Shown here: positions 50,809 to 60,586 of the stretch, in pieces
Layout: every line of letters begins with the position of its first letter
How positions within the stretch are numbered: the first letter of the stretch is position 1
Origin: an uncultured Saprospiraceae bacterium
Lineage (GTDB): Bacteria > Bacteroidota > Bacteroidia > Chitinophagales > Saprospiraceae
Length of the DNA: 64,000 nucleotides
Assembly: GCA_937944245.1 (NCBI GenBank)
Contig: CALDYY010000016.1
Coordinates: forward strand, 10,762 to 74,761
Direction of reading: 5' to 3'
Translations under genes and position numbers: made by a program
The notes under the pieces: generated by a model
Seen by the model: the letters and a program-made list of their open reading frames with translations, nothing else
Database searches by the model: none
Told to the model about the DNA's origin: nothing

Positions 50809-51735
50809 CTACTTCAAAGTAGGAATTAAATTTGGATAATCGGTGATTATTCCATCAACGCCTAGCACTAGTAATGCTTTCATCCGCTCCACATCATTAA
50901 CTGTCCAAGGAATAACTTTCATGCCTCTGGCATGGGCAGCTTTTACAAAATCTGCATTTACCAGTTGATGGTTAGGACTTATAATATTTGGTGTAAAGCC
51001 TAATTTTTGTAAATCTTGCTCCAAGCCTTCTGAAGTAGAAATTAAATAAGCTAGTTGCAAGGTACTATCCTGCTGATGAACCGCTTGCAACGCACGAACA
51101 TCAAAACTTTGAATATTACTTCTTTCTTTGATTCTTAGCCTATTAATGGCATTTATGACTAGAGTGGCAAAAGTTGCTGGTTCTGGATGATAAATATTGT
51201 CGCCTTCTGGTGCACTTTTGATTTCGATGTTGAATTGAGGAGCTTCTAAACTTTTTTGTGCGGCGTAAGCATTAACAGCTTTTACTATATTTTCAAAAGT
51301 AGGTTTGCTTGTTTTGATTTTCTTTTGCTCAGGGAAATCCTCTACTGGCTTCGAGCCACAATCGTAGGCAGTAATTTCTTCTAGCGTCATCTGAAAAATG
51401 TTGAGTTGTTTTTCATTTGCTTCACCGATTTCACTACCCTCTGGCGTTAAACAAATTTTGGAAGACATCCAAGGCTCGTGAGAAACGACTAAGACACTAT
51501 CCTTTGACACAACTAAATCTAGCTCCAAAGTTTTGACATAGGGTAAAGTAACGGCATAAGTGAATGCAGGAACTGTATTTTCGGGTGCTAATCCCTTGCC
51601 CCCTCTGTGCGCTTGCCAGTCAATGGTATTAAGGTCTAAAGTAGCTAAGTCAATCGTCTTTTCTTTTTGTTCTGTTTGACAAGAACTCCATACTAATAGT
51701 ACCAATAAGCATCCTATAAAACGTTGATGATTCAT
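50809..51735 (-). CDS. secreted glycerophosphodiester phosphodiesterase (GDPD family)
   Basis: AHRGGKGLAPENT, LELDLVVSKD..VVSHEPW, GVDGIITDYP, plus a signal peptide. Confidence 0.8.
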   Translation of the reverse strand: MNHQRFIGCLLVLLVWSSCQTEQKEKTIDLATLDLNTIDWQAHRGGKGLAPENTVPAFTYAVTLPYVKTLELDLVVSKDSVLVVSHEPWMSSKICLTPEGSEIGEANEKQLNIFQMTLEEITAYDCGSKPVEDFPEQKKIKTSKPTFENIVKAVNAYAAQKSLEAPQFNIEIKSAPEGDNIYHPEPATFATLVINAINRLRIKERSNIQSFDVRALQAVHQQDSTLQLAYLISTSEGLEQDLQKLGFTPNIISPNHQLVNADFVKAAHARGMKVIPWTVNDVERMKALLVLGVDGIITDYPNLIPTLK

Positions 51736-51819
51736 ATTGAAATAAGGTTTAAGTTTTCAGTGCAAATATAGCATTTATCGAGACACACTCAATTACCCAA
51801 ATGAGTGTGTCTTGATGTT

Positions 51820-53244
51820 TTAATCCCAATTCATATGGAAAATACCTTCTAAGTCAATGCGCTCGTAGTTGTGTGCACCAAAAAGGTCGCGCTGTGCTTG
51901 CACTAAATTAAGCGGCAATCGCGCTGTTCGGTAAGCATCAAAATAGGCTAATGTCGAAGTAAAACCCATCAAAGGAATGCCATAATCAATTCCTAGTTTT
52001 ATCATTAATCGAGTGGCTTTGTGCGTTTCTAACAATTTCTCTTTGAAAGCATCTGCTAAAAGCAGATTTTTTAAATGTGGCTCATTTTGGTATGCTTGAC
52101 GCATTAACTCTAACAGTTCAGCACGGATGATACAACCTCCTCTCCAAATTCTGGAAATAGTTTCCATGTTCAAATTGTATTGGTATTCCTCAGAAGCCTC
52201 TGCTAGTAGTCGCATTCCTTGCGCATAAGTAACGATAAAGGCAAAATATAAACCTTGCTCTACTAATACTACCAAATCACTTTGGTCAATACTAGCACCA
52301 CTAAGTTGTAAATCAAAAAAGGCTTCTGCTGCTTCTCGCTCTGATTTGGAGGAGGAAATGCCACGCATGCTCACGGCTGCGTCAATGCTTGGAATGGCAA
52401 TGCCCAAATCCATTGCATTTTGTGAAGTCCATTTGCCTGTTCCCTTTTGTTTTGCTTTATCCAAGATTTTGTCTATTAAATCGCCCTCCGCCACTGGGTC
52501 GTTTTGATTAAATATTTGTGCTGTTATTTCAATCAAGAAAGAACGCAAACGACCTTCGTTCCAATTACTAAAAACAGTGTGTAGCTGCTGATTGGAAAGC
52601 CCACCCACGCGCTTGAGGACGTCGTAAGCCTCAGCAATAAGCTGCATTAAACTGTATTCGATGCCATTATGCACCATTTTTACATAGTTTCCCGATGAGG
52701 TTTTGCCCAAGTAAGCTACACAAGGTACGCCATTTACTTTAGCAGATACGGCTTCCATAATAGGACGTACTAACTCGTAAGCATCTTCTTCACCACCCGG
52801 CATAATGCTTGGACCAAATCTAGCTCCTTTGGAGCCACCAGAAACACCAATACCCAAAAAGTGAATCCCTTTTTCTTTCAAATAGGCTTCCCTTCTGTTC
52901 GTATCCTCATAAAAAGAGTTACCTCCATCAATAACTAAGTCGCCTTCTTCCAAGTGTGGCAGTAAGTCCTCAATAACAATATCCACAACCTGTCCAGCGG
53001 GTACAAGCAACATGATTTTGCGAGGCTTTGCAAGGAGTTGAACAAAATCTGACGTTTCTGTTGCCCCTTTTATTTTTCTGAAGCCAGCTTCTTGCTCTAG
53101 TAAGCGTGCTTTTTCATCGTCTTTATCTAAACCTACAGCGGAAAAGCCATGATCCGCTACATTGAGTAAAAAGTTTCTTCCCATTGTCCCCAGTCCAATC
53201 ATACCGAAATCATAAAGTTGAGTATCCATTTTAGTTTTGTTCAT
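51820..53244 (-). CDS. gnd: 6-phosphogluconate dehydrogenase (decarboxylating)
   Basis: FGMIGLGTMGRN, GVSGG..GAR.GPSIMPGG, MVHNGIEY, GTGKWT. Confidence 0.95.
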   Translation of the reverse strand: MNKTKMDTQLYDFGMIGLGTMGRNFLLNVADHGFSAVGLDKDDEKARLLEQEAGFRKIKGATETSDFVQLLAKPRKIMLLVPAGQVVDIVIEDLLPHLEEGDLVIDGGNSFYEDTNRREAYLKEKGIHFLGIGVSGGSKGARFGPSIMPGGEEDAYELVRPIMEAVSAKVNGVPCVAYLGKTSSGNYVKMVHNGIEYSLMQLIAEAYDVLKRVGGLSNQQLHTVFSNWNEGRLRSFLIEITAQIFNQNDPVAEGDLIDKILDKAKQKGTGKWTSQNAMDLGIAIPSIDAAVSMRGISSSKSEREAAEAFFDLQLSGASIDQSDLVVLVEQGLYFAFIVTYAQGMRLLAEASEEYQYNLNMETISRIWRGGCIIRAELLELMRQAYQNEPHLKNLLLADAFKEKLLETHKATRLMIKLGIDYGIPLMGFTSTLAYFDAYRTARLPLNLVQAQRDLFGAHNYERIDLEGIFHMNWD

Positions 53245-53277
53245 AGATGAAATGTTATTTTCTTTAGAAAAATGAGT

Positions 53278-53733
53278 TCAAGCCTGCCATTTTTGTTCCA
53301 TGTCGGAAACTTTGTTTAGACGTCTATTATGGCGATCTTCACCAGTGTAAGTAGCGTTGATGTAGTTGCGCACTAATTCTTCTGCCACGGCAATACCTGT
53401 GATTCGACCTCCCAAACACATGACATTCATGGCATCGTGTTCCACACCTTGCTTGGCAGAGTAAGCATCTGTAATCACAGAAGCTCTAGCACCTTTTACC
53501 TTGTTGGCAGCGATAGCGGCACCAACTCCACTACCACAAAAAGCAATACCTTTATCAACTTCCTGTTGAACAACCGCTTCGGTGAGTGGAATGATAAAGT
53601 CGGGATAATCATCTTGAGCGTCATAAGTATAGGCACCATAATCTACCACTTCATGCCCCATTTTTTTAATGAACTGTGCTATTTGTTCTTTTAAAGCAAA
53701 TCCTCCATGATCTGCCGCTACGCCTATTTTCAT
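53278..53733 (-). CDS. rpiB: ribose-5-phosphate isomerase B
   Basis: MKIGVAADHGGFALKE...GIAFCGSGVGAAIAANKVKGARA. Confidence 0.92.
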   Translation of the reverse strand: MKIGVAADHGGFALKEQIAQFIKKMGHEVVDYGAYTYDAQDDYPDFIIPLTEAVVQQEVDKGIAFCGSGVGAAIAANKVKGARASVITDAYSAKQGVEHDAMNVMCLGGRITGIAVAEELVRNYINATYTGEDRHNRRLNKVSDMEQKWQA

Positions 53734-53780
53734 ATGATGTGCATTAATTTTTTTAATATGAAATGTAATATCTAAGAATC

Positions 53781-53808
53781 TATTGAAATTTGCAGTATCA
53801 TTTCAATA
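53781..53808. promoter_or_regulatory. inverted repeat in the divergent rpiB/zwf promoter region
   Basis: TATTGAAAT-10 nt-ATTTCAATA. The function is unknown. Confidence 0.3.
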
Positions 53809-53966
53809 AAAAACCATTCTGCAATAATCCGTATTTTGCTTCAGTCATCCTTGCTATTTGACGGACAGAATCAAAAATATAAAATTAAATTAACACAGAT
53901 TCTGGCATTAAATTTACAAAAATCCTTTTTGTGTCCTATATTTCGAGCATTAAACAAAAAATAATA

Positions 53967-55487
53967 ATGATGCAGCCTCTCATTTTGGTGATTTTTGGTG
54001 CTTCTGGCGATCTTTCTAAACGAAAATTAATTCCAGCGGTTTTTGAATTGTTTAAAGATAAGTTATTGCCTGATAATTTTGCGATATTAGGAGTGAGCCG
54101 AACTGCCTACTCAGATGATGAATTTAGGAAGAAACTATTTTACGATAACGAGCACGTAAACTTTAAGCAAAGCGATTCAGAAGTTCAAGTTCGTTTCGCT
54201 AGTAAATTATTCTACACATCTGTACAAACATCTGACATTGAAGATTATGTCAAAGCAAAAGACCGTCTAGCAGAATTAGATGCCAAATACAAAACAGCAG
54301 GCAATTACATGTTTTATCTCTCTACGCCGCCTTCCCTTTACGAAACTATCCCCAAAGCACTTGCGAGACATGGCTTAAATCAAAGTGAGCGTGGCTGGCG
54401 ACGCTTGGTCATCGAAAAGCCTTTTGGGCATGATGAGACTTCTGCTAAAGCTCTAAATAAAGCCCTTTTGCAGTATTTTACAGAGGAGAATCTTTATCGA
54501 ATTGACCATTATTTAGGAAAGGAAACTGTACAAAACCTATTGGTCACTCGATTTGGAAATGGTATTTTTGAGCCACTCTGGAATAGAAATTATATTGAGC
54601 GCATCGAAATTACAGCAGCGGAAAGTGTAGGTGTAAAAGGGCGTGCTGGTTACTATGACAAATCAGGTGCTTTAAAAGATATGGTGCAAAACCATCTATT
54701 GCAAATCGTTAGTCATGTGGCAATGGAAGCACCCATTAATGCAGATGCTAGTGCCATTCGCAGTGAAAAATTAAAGGTTTTTCAGTCCATTCGACCCATT
54801 AAGAAAGAAGAAGTAGCAAAATATGTTATTCGAGGGCAATACATTGCTTCTGAAATCTTTGGCGAAATGGTGGAGGGCTATCGTGAACATGATGATGTAC
54901 CAGCTAACTCTAAAACAGAAACTTATGTTGCACTGAAATTTTATATTGACAACTGGCGCTGGGCTGGTGTTCCTTTTTACATTAGAACAGGAAAATATCT
55001 TCCAACAAAGGTTACGGAAGTTGTAGTTACGTTCAAAACACCGCCACATCCTTTATTCAAGAGACAATCAGAATATGATGACCAAAACAATCAGCTCATC
55101 ATGCGCATTCAGCCAGATGAGGGAATCGCGCTTCAGTTTGGCATGAAAGTGCCAGGACAAGGATTTAAGGTCAAGTCTGTGAACATGGAATTTCATTACT
55201 CCGAGCTAATTGATTCCCATTTACCAGAAGCCTACGAGCGGTTGATTCTCGATTGTATGCGCGGTGATGCAACGCTTTATGCACATGGCGAATCGGTAGA
55301 ATCCGCTTGGCGATTTATTGACCCTATTGTTGAAGCATGGCGTGAGGATGAGTCTATTCCTGTTTATGGCTATCCGGCTGGCACTTGGGGACCAGATATT
55401 GCCGACGAGATGATTGATGGTGAAGGCGAAACTTGGTACAATCCTTACAAAGCTTTAACGAGGGATGTTAATTTTTGTGTGCTATAA
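53967..55487 (+). CDS. zwf: glucose-6-phosphate dehydrogenase
   Basis: LVIFGASGDLSKRKL, RIDHYLGKE, EKPFG. Start at the ATG at 53967. Confidence 0.95.
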   Translation: MMQPLILVIFGASGDLSKRKLIPAVFELFKDKLLPDNFAILGVSRTAYSDDEFRKKLFYDNEHVNFKQSDSEVQVRFASKLFYTSVQTSDIEDYVKAKDRLAELDAKYKTAGNYMFYLSTPPSLYETIPKALARHGLNQSERGWRRLVIEKPFGHDETSAKALNKALLQYFTEENLYRIDHYLGKETVQNLLVTRFGNGIFEPLWNRNYIERIEITAAESVGVKGRAGYYDKSGALKDMVQNHLLQIVSHVAMEAPINADASAIRSEKLKVFQSIRPIKKEEVAKYVIRGQYIASEIFGEMVEGYREHDDVPANSKTETYVALKFYIDNWRWAGVPFYIRTGKYLPTKVTEVVVTFKTPPHPLFKRQSEYDDQNNQLIMRIQPDEGIALQFGMKVPGQGFKVKSVNMEFHYSELIDSHLPEAYERLILDCMRGDATLYAHGESVESAWRFIDPIVEAWREDESIPVYGYPAGTWGPDIADEMIDGEGETWYNPYKALTRDVNFCVL

Positions 55488-55599
55488 TCTTGCTTAATCA
55501 CTTAGCCATTTACTTATCCGTTTTGTAATTAGATGGACAAACAACTCAAATTCCAAGCTATAAGTATTTTTGTTCTTACATAAACTATCATTTATCATA

Positions 55600-56316
55600 A
55601 TGAAAACCTTATACTCTATTTTTCAGACCAAAAGAGAAGTAGCTAGGCAATTAGCTGAAGATTTAGTGCTTTGGACTAGCGAAAAAACAAAATTCAATAT
55701 GGCTATTTCTGGTGGAAGTACACCAAAAGTGCTATTTGAACTTTTAGCTACGGCATATCTAGAGCGTATTGAATGGCGTAAAATTCACTTTTATTGGGTG
55801 GATGAACGCTGCGTACTGCCCAATCACGAGGATAGTAACTTTAGGATGACCTACAATACTTTACTGCGTTACATTCCTATTGGCGACCTTAACGTGCATC
55901 GCATTCGCGGCGAAAAAGAACCCGTCGAAGAAGCAAATCGTTATGGACAACTTATTGATTATAGTGTACCTCATCATCAAAATATCCCACAATTTGATTT
56001 GATCATGTTGGGTATGGGTGATGATGGACACACGGCTTCTATCTTTCCAGACCAAGTAGGATTATTGACTTCAGAGCAAATTTGTGCAGTTGCAAGACAT
56101 CCTCAATCAGGGCAATTTAGAGTGACTATGACAGGTAAAGTAATTAACAATGCTAAAAAAGTAGTTTTTATAGTAACTGGTGAGGATAAAGCAAAGTGTA
56201 TCCATGAGGTATTAAATCAAAAAAATAATTGGATGTTTTATCCTGCTGCATACATTCAACCTAAAAGTGGCGATTTAACTTGGTATTTAGACCAGGCAGC
56301 AGCAGCTATGCTTTGA
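55600..56316 (+). CDS. pgl: 6-phosphogluconolactonase
   Basis: AISGGSTPK...WVDERCV...FDLIMLGMGDDGHTASIFP. Confidence 0.9.
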   Translation: MKTLYSIFQTKREVARQLAEDLVLWTSEKTKFNMAISGGSTPKVLFELLATAYLERIEWRKIHFYWVDERCVLPNHEDSNFRMTYNTLLRYIPIGDLNVHRIRGEKEPVEEANRYGQLIDYSVPHHQNIPQFDLIMLGMGDDGHTASIFPDQVGLLTSEQICAVARHPQSGQFRVTMTGKVINNAKKVVFIVTGEDKAKCIHEVLNQKNNWMFYPAAYIQPKSGDLTWYLDQAAAAML

Positions 56317-56426
56317 CTCGGTAACTTAATAAAGTCCTAAAGGTAAGGTTAAGAAAATTGCATAATTTCAAAAGTGAATACTTATTATTGTAGAGGAAAT
56401 CTAAATCAGGCAAATAGACTTAACCT

Positions 56427-57878
56427 ATGGCAAAAAATATTGTTTTTATTATGGCAGCTATTCTACTGTTATTATGGAGTAGCTGCCAATCAAAGAAGAA
56501 GCTACCTCCACCACAAAAAGAGGAGGAAGCGGAATATTTAGATATTATTACTACGGAAAAAATTGAAAAACCTTTGGAAAGTTACAGTTTTACGGATGAA
56601 GTGCTGGTAGAAACCTCAGTAATCAATATTCCTGTTCGATTAGGTTTGCGGGAGTTAGAAAAGATGGTGAATGATGAATTTAACATCGTTTTAGAACAAA
56701 ATAAATCTTTTGAGCAAGAAGGGTATCAAGTAGAAATTGAAAAGCTAAATGAAATCAAAATAGGTATTGATAATCAACGTATTAAATACCTTGTTCCGTT
56801 GAAATTGAAGATTCAGAGAAATATGGGTTTCGCTAATGTAAAAGCAGATGCAGCATTAGCCATGCAATTTTTTACCGATTTTGACATAAAACCCGATTGG
56901 ACACTCTCTACCGTTTCTTCCATAGAAAGCTATCAGTGGTTGGAGCAGCCCAAACTGCGGTTTGGTGGTGTAAGTATTCCAGCACAATTTATTGGCGATA
57001 TGGTCATTCGACAAAGTAAAGCAGTAATTACAAAGTCTATTGATGAGCAAATTAAAGAAAATTTGAATTTGCGCAAAGTAATTGAAGATGCTTGGAAGCA
57101 ATTACAAGTGCCTATTGAGGTGTCTAAAGAATACGACTCGTGGGCGGTTATTCATCCGCAAAGTATTACTGCAACACCACTTAGAACAATCGCGGATGCT
57201 GTCGTTTTTACCATTTCTGTGCAATCGAAGCCCGATATTACACTTGGTATGAAGCCTTTCAATACTAAGCCAACGTCCCTACCACCATTCAAATTTAGCA
57301 ATGTTTCCGAACAAGATTTTAAGATATATCTTTCTACGGTTGTTTCTTACAAGCAAGCAGAAGAAATTGCCACACAAAATTTGAAGGGAGAAACATTTAC
57401 TTCAGGTAGGTATAAAGTAACATTGGAGGACATTTCTTTATATGGGCAAGGCGAGAAACTGGTGATAGAAACCAAACTTTCTGGCAGCTATAAAGGCAAT
57501 ATTTACTTAATAGGTGAACCTTACTACGATACTGCTAAAAATAGGGTGGACATTAGAAACTTAGATTATTCTCTAGGAACGCAAAATTTTCTGCTTAAGA
57601 CAGCAGGCTGGCTGATGAAAAGTAGCATGAAAAATAAAATTAGAGAAAACATTAATTTCTACGTGGACTATAATCTTCAAGAAATTAAAAAACAAGCTCA
57701 AGAGCAATTTACGCGCTATGAGATTGCGCCAGGTATTGTTCTAAAAAGTGAACTTAGAGACCTGAATATTACAGATGTTTTCCTTACACGACAAGGTATT
57801 CGTGTGCAAGTAGGCGTACAAGGAAATATGAATGTCGCTTTGGAAGGCGTGCAAATGGTCAATCATAGTGGGCGTTAA
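56427..57878 (+). CDS. hypothetical lipoprotein (possibly DUF4403-like)
   Basis: Lipobox LLWSSC and a long soluble domain. The family assignment is from memory only. Confidence 0.4.
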   Translation: MAKNIVFIMAAILLLLWSSCQSKKKLPPPQKEEEAEYLDIITTEKIEKPLESYSFTDEVLVETSVINIPVRLGLRELEKMVNDEFNIVLEQNKSFEQEGYQVEIEKLNEIKIGIDNQRIKYLVPLKLKIQRNMGFANVKADAALAMQFFTDFDIKPDWTLSTVSSIESYQWLEQPKLRFGGVSIPAQFIGDMVIRQSKAVITKSIDEQIKENLNLRKVIEDAWKQLQVPIEVSKEYDSWAVIHPQSITATPLRTIADAVVFTISVQSKPDITLGMKPFNTKPTSLPPFKFSNVSEQDFKIYLSTVVSYKQAEEIATQNLKGETFTSGRYKVTLEDISLYGQGEKLVIETKLSGSYKGNIYLIGEPYYDTAKNRVDIRNLDYSLGTQNFLLKTAGWLMKSSMKNKIRENINFYVDYNLQEIKKQAQEQFTRYEIAPGIVLKSELRDLNITDVFLTRQGIRVQVGVQGNMNVALEGVQMVNHSGR

Positions 57879-58003
57879 AGCCTGCTTTATTAATTAGCTG
57901 TGCGAACTTAGTTCATACAAAAAACAAACCTTATTGTCATTTTATATAAAAGAATAATCGAATTCTATTATTTTTGGGCGTTTCCAAAAAAATACATATA
58001 TCT

Positions 58004-59449
58004 ATGAATTTACACGAATATCAAGGAAAAGAGCTATTAGCAAGGTATGGCGTACCTGTTCAGCAGGGAATTTTGGCACATACTTTAGAAGAAGCAGTGG
58101 CAGCTTATGAAAAAATTAAGCAGGATTCTGGTTCTCCATTTGCCGTGGTGAAGGCTCAGATTCATGCTGGAGGACGTGGAAAAGGAGGTGGAGTGAAATT
58201 GGCTAAAAATATGGATGACCTGAAAACGCATGCAGGTAACATACTAGGCATGATGCTTAAAACACCTCAAACGCCGGGGGGTATGGAAGGTTTAGGTAAA
58301 TTGGTAAGAAAAATTATTATCACAGAAGATGCCTACAAACCTAACTTTGAGTCTTGCAAGGAGTATTATATTTCTGTGCTAACAGATAGAGATAGCAAAC
58401 GAAATGTAATTGTTTATTCTGTCAAAGGCGGTATGGACATTGAAGCAGTAGCAGAGGAAACTCCAGAACTGGTACACAAAGAATTTGTTGACCCACAGCT
58501 AGGTTTACAGGCTTTCCAAGCAAGAAAAATTGCTTTCAACTTTGGATTGCAAGGGGAAGCGTTTAAAAATATGATGAAGTTTGTTACTAAATTATATGAT
58601 GCTTTTGTAAAATCAGATGCTACACTTATTGAAATAAATCCTTGCATGCACAATGGATTAGATGAAATGATTGCAGTAGATACGAAAATGTCATTGGATG
58701 ACAACGCACTCTTCCGCCATAAGGATTTGATAGCGTGGAGAGATAAAGATGAAGAAGACCCTATGGAGGTAGAGGCTGGGGAGCATGATTTAAACTATGT
58801 GAAATTAGATGGCAATGTAGGGTGTATGGTGAATGGTGCTGGATTAGCTATGGCAACTATGGATGTGATAAAACTCTCTGGTGGCGAACCAGCTAACTTC
58901 CTAGATGTAGGTGGAACTGCTGATGCTCAGCGTGTAGAGCAAGCCTTTCGATTAATTTTGAAAGACCCTAATGTGGAAGCTATTCTTATCAATATTTTTG
59001 GTGGTATTGTGCGCTGCGATAGGGTAGCAAATGGGGTAGTGGAAGCCTATAAAAATATGGGCGACGAAATAAATGTACCTATTATTGTTCGCTTACAAGG
59101 AACGAATGCTGATATTGCCAAGCAAATTATTGACGAATCGGGATTAAATGTGCGTTCTGCTACTTTATTGCAGGAAGCGGCAGAAGAAGTGGCTAAAGCA
59201 TTACAACCAGATGATCTGACAAAAATTGAGGGCATAGGTCCAAAAATTCAAGAAGCATTGAACGAAGCGGGCATTAAATCATACAGAAAATTATCTGTAA
59301 CTTCTGCCGAGCAACTGAAAGAAATCCTTAAATCATTTCCAATGGCAAATCCAAGCACTTGGTCGCAACAAGCGGACATGGCTTCCAAAGGAAAATGGGA
59401 GGAATTAAGGGAATGGCAGGATAAGTTGATTGGTGGTGTAGAGAAATAA
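58004..59449 (+). CDS. sucC: succinate-CoA ligase beta subunit with ~80-aa C-terminal helix-hairpin-helix extension
   Basis: MNLHEYQGKELLARYGVP, QIHAGGRGKGGGVK, and GNVGCMVNGAGLAMATMD for the SucC body. The extra tail reads LTKIEGIGPKIQEALNEAGIKSYRKL... Confidence 0.9.
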   Translation: MNLHEYQGKELLARYGVPVQQGILAHTLEEAVAAYEKIKQDSGSPFAVVKAQIHAGGRGKGGGVKLAKNMDDLKTHAGNILGMMLKTPQTPGGMEGLGKLVRKIIITEDAYKPNFESCKEYYISVLTDRDSKRNVIVYSVKGGMDIEAVAEETPELVHKEFVDPQLGLQAFQARKIAFNFGLQGEAFKNMMKFVTKLYDAFVKSDATLIEINPCMHNGLDEMIAVDTKMSLDDNALFRHKDLIAWRDKDEEDPMEVEAGEHDLNYVKLDGNVGCMVNGAGLAMATMDVIKLSGGEPANFLDVGGTADAQRVEQAFRLILKDPNVEAILINIFGGIVRCDRVANGVVEAYKNMGDEINVPIIVRLQGTNADIAKQIIDESGLNVRSATLLQEAAEEVAKALQPDDLTKIEGIGPKIQEALNEAGIKSYRKLSVTSAEQLKEILKSFPMANPSTWSQQADMASKGKWEELREWQDKLIGGVEK

Positions 59450-59461
59450 AAACAGTATTTA

Positions 59462-59523
59462 CTAAATTAAAAATGAGGTAGTTTTGAGCAGTTGCGTTCA
59501 AAACTGCCTCATTTTTAATTTAG
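59462..59523 (+). terminator. 26-bp-stem hairpin after sucC
   Basis: CTAAATTAAAAATGAGGTAGTTTTGA-10 nt-TCAAAACTGCCTCATTTTTAATTTAG, with one U-G pair. Confidence 0.7.
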
Positions 59524-59585
59524 TAACTTTCAATAAGTTTTTAGCAAAAAATAATAATTTCATCAGTCAAACACAAAACGAACAT

Positions 59586-60530
59586 ATGTTTCTTCAACGT
59601 GCAAACGAGGGTAAAAACGATTTTTGGCGATATGTCATTACTATTTTAATAGTTATTGCTGGGGCTGCTTTGGGCGGTGTTCCTTTATTGGTGGTGCTAA
59701 TGTTGAATAGCGATGGTACAATGTCTCCAACTGATTTGCAGGAAGCTATGGAAGCAGGCGATTTCAGTCAATTTGGTATCAGTTCCAACACTTTTTTGGT
59801 GCTAATGCTGCTTCAGTTTGTAGTTGTTTTCTTCCTACTTTGGTGGATGATTGTGGCGCTGCATAAGAAAACGCTCACAGGAGTAATGACGGCTCGCCCT
59901 AAGCTCGATTGGAAAAGAATTTGGCTAGGTTTTGCTGTGTGGGGTGGCATGATGATGGCTTTTGAGATAGTTTCCTATGCCATGAATCCTGAAAATTATG
60001 TTTGGCAGTTTGAATTAGCCTCTTTTATTCCGCTACTTGCCATAGCGTTAGTGTTATTACCAATACAAACTTCTGCGGAAGAGTTGCTCATGCGTGGATA
60101 CCTCATGCAAGGCATCAGCTTATTAAGTCAATATCGTTGGATACCTTTGGTTGTTACCTCCTTAGTGTTTGGTCTGTTACATGGTTCAAATCCAGAAGTA
60201 AGCAAATATGGTTTTTATACCATGATGTTAGGTTACATTTCTATCGGTTTAACCCTAGGCATAATTACTTTAATGGACGATGGTATGGAGCTTGCATTAG
60301 GTGTACATGCTGCCAACAATATTTTTGGTGCATTGTTCGTAACCTTTGAAGGTTCAGTATTGGCTACGCCTGCACTATTTAAAGTAAAGGAAATAAACCC
60401 TCTAATGGCGAATATTTTTGGAGTTATTGCTTGTATATTATTTATTTTGCTCATGACAAAGATATTAGATTGGAAAGATTGGAGTAAGCTTTATGGAAAA
60501 ACAAAAAGCCAGAAGGAAACATTACTTTAG
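59586..60530 (+). CDS. CPBP-family (CAAX/Abi) intramembrane metalloprotease
   Basis: SAEELLMRGY, FGLLHGSNPE and HAANNIF motifs in a polytopic protein. Start at the ATG at 59586. Confidence 0.8.
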   Translation: MFLQRANEGKNDFWRYVITILIVIAGAALGGVPLLVVLMLNSDGTMSPTDLQEAMEAGDFSQFGISSNTFLVLMLLQFVVVFFLLWWMIVALHKKTLTGVMTARPKLDWKRIWLGFAVWGGMMMAFEIVSYAMNPENYVWQFELASFIPLLAIALVLLPIQTSAEELLMRGYLMQGISLLSQYRWIPLVVTSLVFGLLHGSNPEVSKYGFYTMMLGYISIGLTLGIITLMDDGMELALGVHAANNIFGALFVTFEGSVLATPALFKVKEINPLMANIFGVIACILFILLMTKILDWKDWSKLYGKTKSQKETLL

Positions 60531-60586
60531 CAGAAGAATGAAATTAATAGATAAAATTCAGCTTTAAAAATTCAAACTTACAATTT

